DNA of 49,130 bases, taken from assembly GCA_963977445.1 (NCBI GenBank), contig CAXBPH010000008.1:1-49130 (forward strand), given 5' to 3'. Both the position numbers and the translations under genes were made by a program. This document shows positions 47,677-49,130 of this stretch, piece after piece. This DNA comes from an uncultured bacterium. GTDB taxonomy: Bacteria; Hydrogenedentota; Hydrogenedentia; Hydrogenedentales; JAEUWI01. A model generated the notes under the pieces. It did no database searches, was not told the origin of the DNA, and saw only the letters and a list, made by a program, of their open reading frames with translations. How positions within the stretch are numbered: position 1 is the first letter of the stretch; the number at the start of each line of letters is the position of its first letter.

Positions 47677-48241
47677 GGGGACTGCACCGGCAGAGTGAAT
47701 GTCGCCGTAGCCTGGTCAACCACGTGGTAAATACGTTTCATCACGTATGAAACAAGGATGGTGACCGCCGGGGCCGTCCCCCCTGAGGGTATCTGCCACT
47801 CAGGGGGACGGCCCTGACTGTCTACGTCTGCCTGGCTGAGGTGCCTTCGTGTGCCAACCACGGGGTTCGTGACGCTGGGTGAAGGAAGCTATGTCGGTGC
47901 AGTCCCCGGGACGGCCCCGACTGTCATCGGGTACCTGGCTGAGGTGCCTTCGTGCGCCAACCACGGGGTTCGTGGCGCTGGGTGGTGGTTGCTATGTCGG
48001 TGCAAGTATTGGGGACTGCACCGGCAGAGTGAATGTCGCAGTAGCCTGGTCAACCACGTGGTAAATACGTTTCGTCACGTATGAAACAAGGATTGTGACC
48101 GCCGGGGCCGTCCCCCTGAGGGAGTATGCCACTCAGGGGGACGGCCCCGACTGTCTTCGTCTTCTTGGCTGAGGCACTTTCGCGAGCCAACCACGGGGCT
48201 CTTGTCGCTGGGTGCTGGTTGCCTATGTCGGTGCAGTCCCC
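47677..48241. mobile_element. Tandem MITE/REPIN-like elements (two 231-bp copies plus an intervening half copy)
   Basis: 47677-47907 and 48011-48241 each have 15/16 TIRs (GGGGACTGCACCGGCA / TGTCGGTGCAGTCCCC) and a central GGGCCGTCCCCCTGAG..CTCAGGGGGACGGCCC hairpin. 47908-48004 repeats the right half. Confidence 0.75.
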
Positions 48242-48342
48242 GGAGCGCGCCCACATAAGCCCGGGACCAAAGACAGGGGGCTTGCCAGCCCTCGTTAACG
48301 ATATGGGGCGTTCTACGTTTCCCGATGCACCAAGACAAAAAA

Positions 48343-48969
48343 CTATTCGATCTCGACAGCACCACGCGCTAGCGCCCATTCCCGAAAACCCTCAGGCGCG
48401 TTCTCTATTTCTATAATATTACAATCTGAAATATCTTGTATTTCCTGCCACCCAATGACGTCCGAAATATTGGCATGGCTTAGATTGGCACCTGCGAAGT
48501 TGCTGAATGTCAGATTTGTATCAGCTAGATTGGAGCCAATCATAACAGCACCCCGCAGGTTTGCTCGTATAAGGGATGCCCCACTTAGATCTGCCATCGT
48601 TAGATTAGCTCCGACAAACCACGCGCTAACAGCAATTGCTCCTGTGAGATCGGCGGCCTCCAAATTTGTATCACTCAGATCGGTGGAGGCCAGTTCGGTG
48701 CCACTGAAATTGACTCCCACAAGGTTGGTTTGGCTTAGATCAACGCATCCAAAGAATGTGCTAGAACTCGGGTTTTCTTCTCGCCACTGGTTCCATACAT
48801 CAACGCCTTGTTCCAGAATTGACAATTGTGCCACGTTTGGGAAAAGACAAGCATCGCAGCCGCCCAACATGGAGAAGCAAAAGACTATTGCAGTAACGGA
48901 CCAAAGCTTGGTGCAACACACCTTCCGTTCTTTCAGAGCCGCGCTCCACCGATCTCCTTCCAGGTACAT
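48343..48969 (-). CDS. Pentapeptide-repeat protein, possibly a lipoprotein or membrane-anchored
   Basis: ATG 48969 after GAGGAGG. Hydrophobic stretch ending LGGC, 'GVDVWNQWR', A(D/N)L repeats; AT-rich. Confidence 0.85.
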   Translation of the reverse strand: MYLEGDRWSAALKERKVCCTKLWSVTAIVFCFSMLGGCDACLFPNVAQLSILEQGVDVWNQWREENPSSSTFFGCVDLSQTNLVGVNFSGTELASTDLSDTNLEAADLTGAIAVSAWFVGANLTMADLSGASLIRANLRGAVMIGSNLADTNLTFSNFAGANLSHANISDVIGWQEIQDISDCNIIEIENAPEGFREWALARGAVEIE

Positions 48970-49130
48970 TATTGGCCCTCCTCTACTAAATAGCCGGTGA
49001 TCGACCTCGAACACCAGCAGCGCCAGCCAGCCTATACTGAACGTCACGAAGTTCCTTCGTGTGGACGTTAGTCCGGATATTTCACAAAGCCGGGATCTTT
49101 TGGGCTGCTCGGGGTATTAAGTAGTTATTG

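Noticed and set aside
47546..48241. Possible CRISPR array
   Set aside because: The repeats are either contiguous 14-mers or ~230-bp units with no unique, equal-length spacers, and there are no cas genes.

Overview
A GC-rich bacterial chromosomal window, probably from a Gram-negative, PVC/Hydrogenedentes-like organism (inferred from gene content only). In order it carries: an Eis-like acetyltransferase; an aroK-aroC fusion; a membrane gene bracketed by repeats; and a modified dcw cluster (mraZ, STAS gene, rsmH, long ftsL, ftsI, murE, murF, mraY with an insert, murD, ftsW, murG; no murC/ftsQAZ). Next come an HD-GYP gene convergent with a TonB receptor/YfiR pair, and a run of secreted hydrolases and oxidoreductases (AP-superfamily, PQQ dehydrogenase, sulfatase, amidohydrolase, BNR protein, DUF1080, sialate O-acetylesterase) interleaved with vapBC, Fic-MerR, an orphan vapB and an amber-interrupted rhuM. 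The window ends with ilvD, SnoaL, three alpha/beta hydrolases (one frameshifted duplicate), aconitase and a pentapeptide-repeat gene. No rRNA, tRNA, CRISPR, integrase or transposase was seen. The most striking unexplained signal is non-coding. Many of the longer intergenic gaps hold modular palindromic (REP/REPIN/MITE-like) elements from several families, plus 7-, 9- and 14-mer tandem arrays. In at least two places these elements bracket a single accessory gene like a cassette, which suggests repeat-mediated gene shuffling (inference).
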